Of a stretch of DNA of 64,000 nt, positions 26,074-38,778 are shown one piece after another. Below the pieces are notes generated by a model that saw only the letters and a program-made list of their open reading frames with translations, was not told the origin of the DNA and made no database searches. Positions within the stretch are counted from its first letter, which is position 1. Each line of letters begins with the position of its first letter. Source of the stretch: Phoronis australis (lineage: Eukaryota > Animalia > Phoronida). The stretch is from contig NMRA01000226.1 of assembly GCA_002633005.1 (NCBI GenBank), positions 420,339 through 484,338 on the forward strand. Reading direction: 5' to 3'. Made by a program: the position numbers and the translations under genes.

Positions 26074-26190
26074 GTGCTGTGCTGGGCTGTGTAGCGAGAA
26101 AGGTGGAAGAGGCGCAGGGAAATTTGTAAATTACCATGTCACCCCGACTCTTTGGTCTGCAAAAATAAAAACTTTTACGTATGCGTTCTG
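26074..26190 (+). other. RPS28: RPS28 non-coding 3'UTR exon with AATAAA (26164-26169)
   Basis: Donor ag|gtaggt at 25206, 5 nt after the stop; acceptor tgtttcag ending at 26073; AATAAA followed by T/GT-rich sequence. Confidence 0.7.
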
Positions 26191-26906
26191 TTTATACTCT
26201 TTCCCAGCGCTAAAGAAGGTAGCACTGTGTATTGATCATTTAAAATGGCTTCTCATTGGTTAACAGAACAAAATAAAGGGACTTTCCTAGTGGTTGGAAA
26301 ATAACATTCAAACATTGCAATTGGTTATGTTTATTGGGAATTAATGTACATCTGAAAACAGCTTCATCTTTGAAAAGTGGTTTTAACAGTGGCTTCTGTT
26401 TACTGCAATCACAAATACAAACAAAAGTGATACATTCCACACGTTTGTGTTCGTTGAGAAATAGCTTCAAACATAGCAATCCATTGTTAAGTATTAATGC
26501 GATACCGTTTGTGTAGAACTAACGTCCAAACCGAGACTGGCAGCGACGGCACATTCGTGTGGGGCTCGCCAACTTATTAGAAGTCACGTTTCCCAATAGG
26601 TGGCAGTGGCAGCGTTTCTATGCTGTATAACTGTGATTAGAATAACGCTATTTGCGAATTTCAACTGAGTTTTGAACTGAAGTGAAATGATATGTACAAT
26701 GTATTTTTTCGTAGCCTAAGGGTGACTACAGAAGAGATTGTAAAAGAGGTACTGTACTAGTGAACTGGGAACCAAACTTTCCAAAGTGGTTTTTGGCTTG
26801 AATGGTAATGATACTAGCCTGTGCGAGGTGGGACGAAATGGCAATTCCAAGTGATAAAAGCAGTTAGGCCACGCCCCATTGTTACTGTTGTGGCGGTCTC
26901 GAAGCC

Positions 26907-27093
26907 TATGCGCGCACCCAGAGGGCACCAACGAGCTCCCTCCCCCGAAAAAAGAAAACTAGACATCAAGTCCATTAAAAAGGAACTACCAAAACTCGGC
27001 GAATGCAAAATTCGCACTTCAATCTTGATAAAAGGACCACATTCTCAAAAATCCGTGCCCCCCCCCCCATTTTGTATGCTGGGTGCGTGCATG
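26907..27093. mobile_element. Harbinger-type MITE
   Basis: ATGCGCGCACCCAG ... CTGGGTGCGTGCAT inverted termini with an internal C-run. Confidence 0.55.
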
Positions 27094-27166
27094 AATATGG
27101 CTGATGTCGCTAGGTGGCGGGTATTATATTGGGTCCTGGGGAAGCAAACTAACAATGCAATTAATG

Positions 27167-27384
27167 CAGGGCTTAGAATTTTCCTCTTTTTGGTTTCGAT
27201 TTCCTATTATTTAGTTTCATGTTTCCTCTTTTTTATCATTATTTTGGCCCCATTCATGCATAAAAAGTTCATTTCAGTTAAATTTTACAATACATATTTC
27301 TTTCACACAAGACTATTTATTTGCGGAACGATACATCACCTGGAAAGTTTTCCTCTTTTTTGTCATCGGTCATTCCAAGCTCTA
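27167..27384. mobile_element. hAT-like MITE remnant
   Basis: CAGGGCTTAGAAT ... ATTCCAAGCTCT imperfect TIR; repeated TTTCCTCTTTTT subterminal motif. Confidence 0.4.
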
Positions 27385-28534
27385 GCTGGCAATGGTAAAG
27401 ACATCATTAGAAGTATATTAAGCCCATTGATGTAATTATGATACGCCAATTGCAATCATAGGGATGTCTGATCCATTCAAACGGGTACGAACATACTTTC
27501 GACGGAGGTAATTTTTACGCATGCAGTCGGGTGGTCAGTAATGCACGTTTTCGTATGGTCGTGTTACTAGACTCTGTTGCTGTGCGGCGTAACATACTAG
27601 GCTCTTTAAGAGTCACTCTCCGCCCTCGCTATTCTCCTGCAGTTTGATGGAATGCCCAACTTTGATTTCCAAAGTATTTCAGAAAATCTACAAGCTCAGA
27701 AACTTTCACGTGGGTCAGGTTCGAAGGCTTGCTATTGTAAGGGCGTTCATTTATGCAGTGAAATAACCACCCGTTCCAAATGCCGTAACATCATTCAAGA
27801 GTCTGAAATGACTGCAAAGTTATTTTATGACGAACAAGCTGGCTTCAGAAAGCGTCCGCCAGGGTTCGGAGCGGTTGGCCTCTGGAATCGGTAGACATGT
27901 TGCATGAAACATTCATCGTTATCTCTATAACAAACAGGATATGCCTGTGGTGAGCTACCGTCAGTAAATATCCCAGAGAGATGTTCTCGTTCAGATTACA
28001 GTGTTCATTTTATTATTTGGGTTGAAATTTATTCTCCAAAACGCTGTTTGGAATTGTTTTTAAAATGTTCCCTTTCGCATAATGGCCGGATTATCAAAAA
28101 TAGGACAAATTTAATTTTTTCTGCCAGCAAATTTTGCATAAAAAAATCGGCGGCATGATAATTTAGAAAACTAAGTGACGGTGTTTTTGCGATTTCAATA
28201 ATAATTTGATTGTGTTATAGGTAACCGTTGTTTTGCCATGAGTGTATCGGTACCTTCGTTTTTCTTGCTATTTTTTGAAAATACATGATTACATGACCTA
28301 ATTTTCGGAAGATTGTTATGGAGAGAAAAATCGAATTTCATAGACTTTCTGCTTTCGGAAAATTTATACTTTAATACTGAATTAAAATCTACTCGGTTTT
28401 GTAGATACTTGGTTAAATACATCGACAGGTCGACAAGGTCCTGCATACTGTAACATCCACTAGTGGATACTGGATGATTTGAGACACGCTGGGCTTCAAG
28501 AGAAACATTCGGGCCGGGGGCAGAGACTGAGCAG

Positions 28535-28575
28535 TATAAATGCACGTCTAAACAGTATTACAAACTACATCAGTT
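28535..28575 (+). promoter_or_regulatory. Candidate TATA + initiator core promoter, possibly for the orphan gene
   Basis: TATAAA at 28535 and TCAGTT at 28570. Spacing is slightly longer than canonical. A plausible AG/GT-bounded UTR exon follows at 29255-29325. Confidence 0.3.
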
Positions 28576-29882
28576 CTGCACACACATCTCGTGTAACGCA
28601 TCTCATGTAACCTCGAAGTGAAGTCAGCAATGCAATCAAGTTCGTCGTTGGGACATTGGAATGGTCAGAGGTAGTTGCGGATGCTGACTGACGCTGTGTG
28701 GGCGCCTGTAATTAGACCAGTCAGGTCATTCACTTGCATGTATGTACACATGGATTTGCTGGGAATCGCATTAACTAATCGTATCAGCGTGTATCAACAT
28801 TACCTGTAATTATAGTTCCTCTAGTTCTGTGGTCATTTAACACTGAACCGCATCCAGGTGTAGGAATTTTGTCTAAGCTGACCTAGGTCAGCGACCTAGA
28901 CAATGTGCCTGCCGATTTATGATAATTTTACTGAATGATCCGCCTATGTATAGTCAGTGCATGTTTTAAGGGCTATGTATTCCTGTATGGTTCCCTGATT
29001 CGAAGCAAAACGAATTTTTCACAACCTTTTGTCTTATGAACAATAAGCAAAACTTTTCAACTTAACAGTGGAACACAAAAATGACTTTGTATTTGTTTCT
29101 TAAAACTGCTCTAAGACGTCTCTTTTCATTTTTGCGAGTACTAATTGTCAAGATATATTCGATACAGTTGTATTATACATATGCTAAACACAGATACAGA
29201 GAATATTTGTTTTCGTTTTACTGAATTTTAACAACTATATTTCTGCCATTTTAGGAACAGAAGTGTTGGCAATCTCCTAATGTCAACGCCGTGTCGATAA
29301 TTAGCATCAAAAACGTAAAATCCTGGTACGTGATTGTTTTTCGTGGCTTTGATGATTAACACGAACGTTTTGAAAGTCGGCGTATCAGTTACAAAGAAAT
29401 CGTAAACAAAAGCCCGGAACAGGTATGCCGAAACACGAATGGGGAAAACGGTAAAACGGCGGAACGATCGGGTGGCAACGAGAATTTTTCAATTTTTTTC
29501 TGCAGTAAATATAAAGATCGGTTAGTGAAGAAACTTTGTCTCGCATGTTCACGAATTATGTGGCTCAGATGCTCGTAAGTTGTGAGAGTTCGTTTTTTCT
29601 AAAAATATTGATTTTTTCACGGAGATCGACGTGATTTCCACACATGTGATTTTTTTTCGAAAGAAATCAACAAGTTCGGCCAGTGTTTCTTTATTCTATG
29701 AGCTACAAAAGCGCGTCTGAGATTTTCTTTTAAGGCCTTTAACCCTATAACCTCGATGTCAAAAATGAAGGAATCTTCTCAACACTTCTTCAAGGTCGCC
29801 ACGCTTTTGTAGCTAGTAGAATACAGAAACAGAATTTGAGGTTTTGTGCGCAAGAAATCGTGTCTGTGGATATCATGTTTTT

Positions 29883-30024
29883 AGAAAAAAAAAAGAAAAT
29901 AAAAATACAGAAAAGGAAAAAAGAAAAGAAAAAGAAAATCATAAAAGAAAACCACAAAGAAAAAATGAAAAGAAAATCATAAAAGAAAACCACAAGGAAA
30001 AAAGAAAAGAAAAAAAAACAGAAA
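29883..30024 (+). repeat. A-rich low-complexity (GAAAA-like) tract
   Basis: Seen directly; explains the K/E-rich and F-rich spurious ORFs. Confidence 0.9.
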
Positions 30025-33000
30025 CGTAATCAAGCGATTACGAAATCTGGCCCCGAGTATAATTTTTATTCTCCAAATAGAACTCGAAACGATCTTTGGC
30101 ATTTTACTTTCTACTTTTGTGCATACCCAGGCATCATAACTCTCTGCTCGAGTTCATTGAGGTTTACGTGGAGGTTCCTGTAAACCTTTTGTGTACGCAC
30201 TGAGATTATGTAACCGCAAGGGATTTGAAAAATATATAGTTTGATGAGTCTGACTATAAACACTTTAAAGTTTTTTAAAAAATGTCATAACGAAGGCATC
30301 CTACTACATTAACAGAAGTAAAATTCTTTAAAAATATTTCTGCCACCCAGTAAAAGCCAACATAAGAAATATCCTTTGGTTTTTATTTGCTCTAATAAGT
30401 TGATTTGGTTGCCGTGAACCTCGATCGGCTTCCACGAAGCTTCTAGATCAGTGACGGGCGGTTCGTGAGGTTCGACCGTCTGTACGGAATTTGTTGGTGT
30501 CATTGTGAGGCAAAATGCTTGGCATGTGTGAAAGGTAGACACTCCCCTTGGAAAGTTGAGATTCTTAAGAAAACATAACCACACGACTGCAAACATCGGC
30601 ACATTACTTTTCTGTAAAAAATCACGCTTCTGGGAATGGAACTGTATATTTGAGTGAATGCTGAGTTTGACACATGATAGAACTCATCATCAGAAAAAAT
30701 ACGCGAGTGGACCATTCTTTTATCACGGCTGTTTATGAAGAGTGGTCTTACGCTACTCGCAAGTATTTTAACTGAAAAATAATTTAATCTCAATTGAGTG
30801 GAACTGAGATAATTTCCATTACAAAAAACACATTTGATTTCAACACCAGACGAAAACATTAATTTTTTCTGAATCGAGGTTAGGCGTTCTCTGATTTTTG
30901 CTCGGCACCATGACTCGCAGGCCAAGTACTGTATTCTACTGAACTATTCGCTAACGGGTACAAGAGAATCGAAATCTAACATTCGTCAATTTTAGTTAAT
31001 TTTTATCGTAACTTCGAGTTAAAATTATTCTAGTCTTAACTTTCTTACTAAGAATTTAATTTCAGAAGCCAAACAGTTCAAAAATCACCAGATTTAATCC
31101 ACGATGTATCATTATTAATTTTTATTTTAGCCCGTGTTTTATTGCTGCGAAGCAATCGTTAATGGGGTAAAAGCTCTAGTCCTCAGATCAGATTCCCTGA
31201 TAAACAGGCCTCTTGACGACAGCGAAAATTCACCAGTTTTAATCCACGATGTATCATTATAGAAATCTATTAGTATAAGGTCCCGTGAAACGGGCAGTCT
31301 CTACTGCATACATTATTTCCAGATCGTGATTTCTTCATAATTTCCAGGCTGAACTTCTGCAGTTACGAAGTGGAAGCGTAATAGTTTTTTTTTCTGAAAC
31401 ACTTCGATGGTGCGCAAATACATGAATGTTTCATTTCATTTAGTAACAGCATACATAGTACACCTGTTGTTCGTAAGATCAAGATATTATTTTATCTCAG
31501 CATTTCTGTTTTGATAGTTAAGATTCCTTGAAAGACATAATCGGTTTTGGGCCGAAAAACGCATCTTTGGGATTATCGTTGGAAGGGGTAGATAGACTTC
31601 TTTTAGTAAAGTTCTAAGCATTGAGCGGAGCTATAAAACAACAAAATCCATTTGTTTTTGTGATCTTACTACAAATCGTCAATTCTCGCCCGCCCGTGAG
31701 ATGCCATTCATCTCTGAAATACAGGCTTTGCATTTCCGTCAGCTGCATTTCACCTGTGTGTAGGTATCAGTTGGAGCGATCTGTGATTTAAAGTCATAAC
31801 CACGTTCATCGGATCCTGTTCTTACCGAATGAGCTGACAACTCAAGTCACAGTCGCATATATGCGCCATTTTCGAATCCCTAATTTTTGGGTTGGCCCAT
31901 CGCAGTGTACTCTGACGCGTTTTCGATGATGGTTTTGACTGTTTCTGCTTGCAACGGAACTAGAATTCTGTCACCGTAAGGAATATTATGAAACCGATTT
32001 TATCACAGTGTTCGAGATTTCCAAGTCGCTCTTTATTTATAGCCACCTGAACAGGGCGAAATGCAGTTTTAAATACTTTCAAAAAATACTCTTAAAATCC
32101 TCGGCTGCCTTGCTTACCGAGCGACGATCGTGGTTGACCTCAGAGAACAAAGTGTTGGTCTGCGACAGCCGTGTATATATGTTCGAATCAGTCTTAGGGC
32201 TGATCTAAAAAACCCTTTTCTCACCGGTGATAAACGGTAGCTGTTCGGACAAGTGTGATGAAAAAAATCTCCGACATCACCTTACGTTGATCAGCGGTTG
32301 TTCGCAATGAAATGCTGTTTCGTCAAATACACAGAAAATAATTCACAACGCAGTTTTCTACAAATATGCTTATAAACAATTTACCACAACTTATTTATCG
32401 TAATATTCTACTGATACACTCCGCAATTTTTTTCCCAACACAAGATAAAATCAACAACGGGGATAAGTTGTCGAGTTTCACAAGACGACTTCTATTGGCG
32501 AAGTGGGTATACAAACATAATAGCCTGGTTAAATGCGTCACTGTACCAACAAAAATGATTCCCGCACATCTGGGTAGAGTTCAATAACACTAAGACCTCG
32601 CTAGAAATGCAAGATTTTACGATATTACGAGAGATATTGCCGTGTATTTCAAACGAGAACCTGGCGTGATTTTGGCTAGATTTGTCTAGCTGCGAGACAG
32701 TTACTGAACTCTACCGTAGACATTCTACCCGTATCACAACTGACTTTGTAACACAGTAGAAAAAATACATCGCTACACGCACGTCATTCCAAATCAGCTG
32801 ATGTCATCCGTTAGACATAAAACAGCAATAATCCAGCGTACAAGAAGTAAGAAGGCTGTACTGCCAAAGCGCCTGGCTAACCCAATTTCATAGTCGTGCT
32901 TAGCGACCGCGCGGTTACTTCAAACATTGATCAACCGTTACCGATAAAAAACCCGCCATCATGCCATTAATGTTAACCTATTCCCACTCGCCGCATCAAT

Positions 33001-33306
33001 TTACGTACTTCCACAACATTTCCCCGGCGTTGCCCGTGTGAGGAATTTCATATCATGGAATTCTACTACAAATTGCTGGCCCTAAATGGCCGCGTAAATG
33101 GTATTTAAAGCGCGACATCGGTGCTATCTCGTCACTCATTTTATGTGGGTAAAACTTAATCCGAATTTAGTTTATTTAACAGCTTTGGTAGAAGAAATCT
33201 GTTTCAGACCTTCAAGAGAGTTTTACTAAAAACGGTCACTAGTCGAACATCCCGTCTCTAGGGTAACAAGGCATTTCACTAGAATTAGCTTGGAAAGGAC
33301 TCTGCA

Positions 33307-33383
33307 ATGGGAGCTCATTTATCTCATCACAGAAACGCGGGACCGAGGTGCGGGAATGTCGACGACGCCCTTACAGTTCCCAG
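33307..33383 (+). CDS. Candidate first coding exon of uncharacterised protein (MGAHLS, N-myristoylation consensus)
   Basis: gcaATGG start; MGAHLSHHRNAGPRCGNVDDALTVP then ag|gtacga phase-2 donor, matching the phase-2 acceptor at 36076. Confidence 0.5.
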
Positions 33384-34633
33384 GTACGAATCCGTATTTG
33401 CTATAGTCCTTGATGACGCGACATTGACACTGACGACAAAATACTACATATCCCAGAACCCAGGCGCAAAAAAGCAATGGAGTTTAATTAATTTACCGTT
33501 AGCTTAGGTCGTGTGCTCTACTTTTCAATTAACTTATAAGGCATTGATAATGCACATTCTATTGAGATGCAACTGTGTTATAGCCATGTCATACAGACCC
33601 GGAGGTGAATATGTCATAACAGCTAGTCAAAAATCAATATGCCTAACTAACGGTGTTGGTTTGCTGGTAGCAATAACGCGTGGTTTCGGCAAGCACGCGT
33701 GCAGCATACAGAACATATGGTAAGTCCGTGCTACCTTGGTAATGCGAATTCATTGGTTTTACAAAGCTGCCCATGTCTCGAAATCTCAGTTGCCCCCAAT
33801 ACCAATTGCATGATAGGCAACCTTTCGTATTTATAGTCATTTTAACGGTGTTGAGATCGAGGCGTCTTTCAGGATGAAGCGCTTTTTGCGTCGACAATGC
33901 TACGGTATGCATATATTGTAGAGCAAACCTGCAAAGGGTCGTATTCATAGGGTGGGAGCAATTCCACTGCCGCGTCTCAAGTTGTAATGTTCCAGTAACG
34001 ATCCCGTCAATCCTCGTTCCGGACCACCAAACACCAAACCCAGTGATCACAACTTCACACACGCCGCGCCGAAAATGCACCATAGACCTACTCAGTGACG
34101 AAACTCGATCCATACCCAGGAATAAAGCGGGACCTCATTCCGCCGGTGAGGAATCTAGTCCTTGTCAGGTATCAAGTTTGGTCACATAGCATGATTTTTG
34201 ATAAGTGTGTGAAGTTTGGCGCAGGTTTGTGGGATTGGTTTACGAGCTGGTCAGACTGCCTTTCCGGGGGCCGTACATGGAATTATGAGGAGCTGCCATG
34301 AGTTACTATACATGTACCCCTTGGCTTTATACGATTATGAGCGGACGGGCGGGGTTTAAAGAAGTAGTGCGTGCATAACTTGCCATCGTTCTGCTTATGT
34401 TATACAACCAGTAGTGTCGCAAAATGTCGTGTTATTCCGGAATCAATTTACGTTGCAAAGAATGACACGTTCTCCACTTCGTACCAGTACGCTTTATTGA
34501 TCGTACAAAACCTGAAGGTACTAGTACTCGAGCACCCCGTATGCCGTCCACTCTGTTCTACTACAGAAACGTTAGTAGACGTAGACAAATAGGATCTCCC
34601 CGGCGTTTCATCATTTACCTGCAAATTCCAAAG

Positions 34634-34703
34634 CATGGGTGGCGCACCATAAGGAACTGGGGGAGCTATACCCCCCATTTTTTTCGGTGCTGCGCCGCCC
34701 ATG
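34634..34703. mobile_element. Tiny Harbinger-type MITE
   Basis: CATGGGTGGCGCA ... TGCGCCGCCCATG inverted termini. Confidence 0.5.
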
Positions 34704-36075
34704 CGAGGGCGTACACGGTAATGCTAGTATGCCACAGGAAACGGCAGTTTTATAAAATTTATTCAAGGCATGCTATGCCTGAAGTATAATCGAACTGTGC
34801 TGCAACGAGCACTCTCCGCATTAAACGCAGTTCGATCAATAACCAAAAGAATGAACGAAGAAGTTGGTTTGGGACCCACTGTAAGTAAACGTGAAAAACT
34901 GAGGCTACGTTACGTAGACGCAAGATTCTTGCAAACAATGGCGATCAAATACTTCGCTTGTAATGCATTGTGATATGTGGTGAAAGACCTTGCGTTGATT
35001 TTCCGTTTTCGTGAATGTCTTGCATCAACGGAACGCAACCCATGTTCACGGTTCCGTCGGTACCGAGTACGGTACCAATATTTGAATACGTTCACAGCTA
35101 AAAGTATGTCCGAATAGAAAAATTCAATTGCTCAGTTATTTCCCAAGCAAGCAAGAAATCGTCAAGAAAGGTAGTTGGAGAGATTTAGGTGGAGACTCAA
35201 AGTCAAACTCTAATACATTGCGCAAACTCTATAAGGCCAGGTCTGCATCCCGTAGACTTGTCGAACGCTCAAGAACACTCAAGTTTTCGCGAGATATCAC
35301 CACGCATTACAAGCGAAGCACGCGAGCACAAAGCGTTTCTCACCAATGTCTTGTGTCTAAGGAACGCACCTCAACACGCTGCTGCAGAAACTCAAGACAC
35401 TGGGCCACCGTAGCGTGCAGAGGTTAAGTTGGTGACATCTGATGATGCCCGGGGCGATTTTTCTTGGGATGACCCCTCTTTCAACTCAAATACATGGACC
35501 CAAGTACTGAGAAATGTAAAAAAAGGCACAACGTAAAATAGAAACTTTATTCAGTTTAGATTACAAATCAGTTACAATTTCAAAAGCTTTATGCATAGTG
35601 ATTCAGTGTATGTCCCCCCGATGTGGATACCCCCTGATGTGGACAACCCCGATGTAGATACCCGGGGCCGTTACCACCTCGCCCCCCCCCCTTCTGCGCG
35701 CGACTTTTTATCCTCACAAATTAAGCATACTTGGGTTATTTTTGCAGTAAAACTCGTGATAACGCCAGCTACACCCGTATTCACAAGAAAGGATCAACAC
35801 GATCGGAGCCTTCAGTATCTTAAGTATGAAAGTGGTGTTGGAAATCTGACGTGAACTGTGGTGTGCAATAAAGTTTTTTGTTTTGTTGTAGACGGAAAAA
35901 ATAATGTGAAAATGTGCAATTTAAAGTAACAAACCGACGAAAACTGTTACGAGACGAATTTCCGCTCGCAATCAATTACATAACAAACGACGGGGACTGA
36001 TGAACTTTTGCACGGTGTAATGTATGGCATGAAATTGCTGACGCGCAAAACTGACAGGTTTCTTTTTTTTTTCAG

Positions 36076-37411
36076 GTCGTTTAATGTCAACAACGCAGAC
36101 TACAAACCCGAGTTTGATGTAAAAATGAAGCTACGGGTTTCAATGAGCGGCAGTTCAGTTGACAATGCAAGGGAAATAGACCATGACGACAAATACGATG
36201 ACCGAAATAACAACAACTCCAAAGTCGAGTTCAAACTTGGGGCAAGTCTTGAAGACACAGACGGAAGTGGCCGAAATACCCCAGTTATTTCACGACAAAC
36301 TACCCCAGTCATTTCACGACAAACTACCCCAGTCATTTCGCATAAAAATGAAACAGTTATTTCATGTCAAGATACCTCTGTAGTTTCACAACAAAACACA
36401 CCAATCATTTCGCATCCCAATACCCAGGACATATGGCGTCAAGTAATAGCGGAGAAAATCGCCACGGAAGATGAAGGGCGCTCCGAACTTAACGCGTTGG
36501 CACGTGTGGACGAGATTGAAACTATCAGTAACATAAAAGCCACGAGTGCCGCTGGCTGTCAGATCAGTTCCCCGTCCCCAACACCAGATGAATTAACAAA
36601 TTCCAATTGCGATGGAGATTATGAAGTTGGATTGCTGCAAGAAATCTTGAATGGCTATGATCACTGGGAGGAAGACACGAAACACGGTGCGGGAGAGGAG
36701 AACGGAACAATAAAGACAACAACGGAGCTGCAGGGTAAGCATGAGGATGAAATGTGCGTCGACTCAATGGGCGGTGCTAGTGAAAATGATGAAGTTCCAC
36801 AACAGCGATGTGAACCCGACGGAGCCGATGACTCGATATCCATTAACGTTGAGACTAATATCACGACGGTGCTTGTAGCAGACGACACGAAACCACTGCC
36901 AAATGAGGGCACAGACACAAGCGCGCACTCACCAGCGTGTCGGCACTTGCAGTCAAAGAAATGCCAATTGAGACAATCTAAAAAATGGAAGTCTGGCGAT
37001 GACGTACCAAATATTATTAATCATAAGAATACAAACGGAGAAGAGGACACGGAAATAGTTACGAAAGCTATTCGTAAGATCGGTTCCACCTTAAGCAATA
37101 TCAGTTCATCGACTACCAGTTCAATGCCAAATGTACGCTCCATCAATGATATGGATGAATGGATGACGTGGCGCATGCGCATCAACCATCAGCTCGCTTC
37201 GATCGTGTTGAAAACGAGTAAACCGGGACTGTCCTTAGCTACAAAATATCCAACCAAGATGAGTCACACTGTCATTAGGGGCGTTGTAGAAGGAATAGCA
37301 CAAGAGGCGCCGCTATCAACACTGGATAGACCGAGCTATCTGGTGTACGGTATACCGCGAGCATCCGTCAGCGTAGCTATGGAACAATCTCGTAGCGACA
37401 TCTCACGGTAG
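36076..37411 (+). CDS. Large terminal exon of uncharacterised acidic, low-complexity protein
   Basis: 1.3-kb stop-free frame in AT-rich DNA, preceded by a poly-T acceptor (ttttttttttcag); contains 8-aa repeats TPVISRQT; no family recognised. Confidence 0.75.
36276..36430 (+). repeat. In-frame 24-bp tandem repeat (TPVISRQT-like, ~6 degenerate units)
   Basis: ACCCCAGTYATTTCACGACAAACT repeated, then degenerating. Confidence 0.85.
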
Positions 37412-37701
37412 CAAGGCAATGGGCAGCTGAACCGTTGCTCAAATTCCAAAATGACTTACTGTGCTAAAATTATCGTAAGATTTCGTTTATTTCATGACAT
37501 GCCTACACGATATTTGGCAGGCGTGAACCAGTACTGCTGATGACTGGCTGAATGTTCATAAATTATCAATGCTTCCAAATTTCGTTAAGAAGTTAATTTA
37601 ATGCTCACTTATACTTGATTGTAAAAGCGTTCAAATTACCATACAGGGGCAATTCATATAAATGATAACAAAACACTGTAAATTATAAATTAATTTTCCA
37701 C

Positions 37702-37707
37702 TTTATT
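37702..37707 (-). promoter_or_regulatory. Candidate polyadenylation signal (AATAAA) of dystrotelin-like gene
   Basis: TTTATT on plus strand, ~220 nt past the stop codon. Confidence 0.55.
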
Positions 37708-37924
37708 ATAAAAACATTTAAAATTAGATCTAAGACATTTCAAGGTCATAAAATAATTACTGACATTTGATAGTAAAATGCATGATTATTGTTATTACTC
37801 TATATCAGATGATAAACTGAAACAAAATCGTCCTCTAGCTAGAAATGGTGAAAAGCTGTCACATAGGACAATGTGTTTGTCCAATGCCCTAGTTACCATG
37901 GGACACATACTGTAGACTGACTCA

Positions 37925-38028
37925 TCAGCTGGCCATGTTACCCACAAAGTTGGACATTGCAGCACCCAGCCTGTTAGCAGCGGAGAACACTTCATTGCTA
38001 TCCATAGGGCTAGTTGTTCTGGCGTGTG
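37925..38028 (-). CDS. Dystrotelin/DAH-like dystrophin-superfamily protein, last exon
   Basis: tttacag acceptor, phase 1; HARTTSPMDSNEVFSAANRLGAAMSNFVGNMAS-stop resembles the ancestral dystrophin-family C-terminal helix. Confidence 0.8.
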
Positions 38029-38546
38029 CTGTAAACAAACCAGGCACATCACAGGACTTGTACTATTCCTGAACACAGCTGTAGGTAATGCAAACATAGA
38101 CACAGGACACCAAAAAGCAAAAAGGTTTTTCAGAGTTCAAAAACGGATTCACATCAGCTTGACAAGCACAGCAAGTAACCATGCAAGTAACAGTGCTTTT
38201 GTTTCCAAGATAAAAGACGACAAATTTTGTCAAAACTTGCCAAAAAGTTTTGAGAAACAAGGTGAAAAATAACAGCAAATCATTTGAAATTCAACCAAAA
38301 AGTTTAATCTATGAAAATGTTTTGATTACCTACTCAACACAATAAAACTCAAGTGCCTTCTTACATAGCAGTCATGCAACTAACGATTAAAACAAGGCTT
38401 TTAACTAAGAAATTGTAAAACTAACAGAATTTGACTTGATATTCAAAACCTAATTTAACATTGATAAACAAAATGCTCACCTTTTGTCTATTTATAAAAA
38501 ACAAGGTGCATAGTAAAACAAGCACAGCGAATGGTATATAAAAACA

Positions 38547-38778
38547 ATAATTTCAGGCGGTCTGGTGCACGTTGTACCAGACGTGCGCAGGCCGCACATT
38601 TAGGCCCATTGCACTGATCACCTGGAACTATTTTTGTGCTTTATCAATATCAAGTTAAAACCGAGCTGAGGCCGCTAGAAACCTGACTCGAGGGTCTAGC
38701 AGTGTGGCCCAGTGGGACTCGAACCCACGACCCTGAGTGAAGAAGGCAAAGAATCATCACACTAGGTCACACTGTCTC
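38547..38778 (-). mobile_element. tRNA-derived SINE
   Basis: Minus strand: A-box-like GTGACCTAGTG, B-box GGTTCGAGTCCC, then GCTAGA..TCTAGC hairpin and a 3' tail shared with 15908-15982. No intact tRNA cloverleaf. Confidence 0.7.

Noticed and set aside
26821-27435. 204-aa ORF
   Set aside because: Runs through two MITE-like elements; no domain and non-ATG start.
29790-30029. K/E-rich and F-rich ORFs
   Set aside because: Translations of an A-rich low-complexity tract.
36008-36075. Track start of the 467-aa ORF
   Set aside because: This part is a polypyrimidine tract ending in CAG, so it is intronic; the exon begins at 36076.
38700-38778. Functional tRNA gene
   Set aside because: Has a B-box and T-arm but no intact acceptor, D and anticodon stems; better explained as a SINE head.
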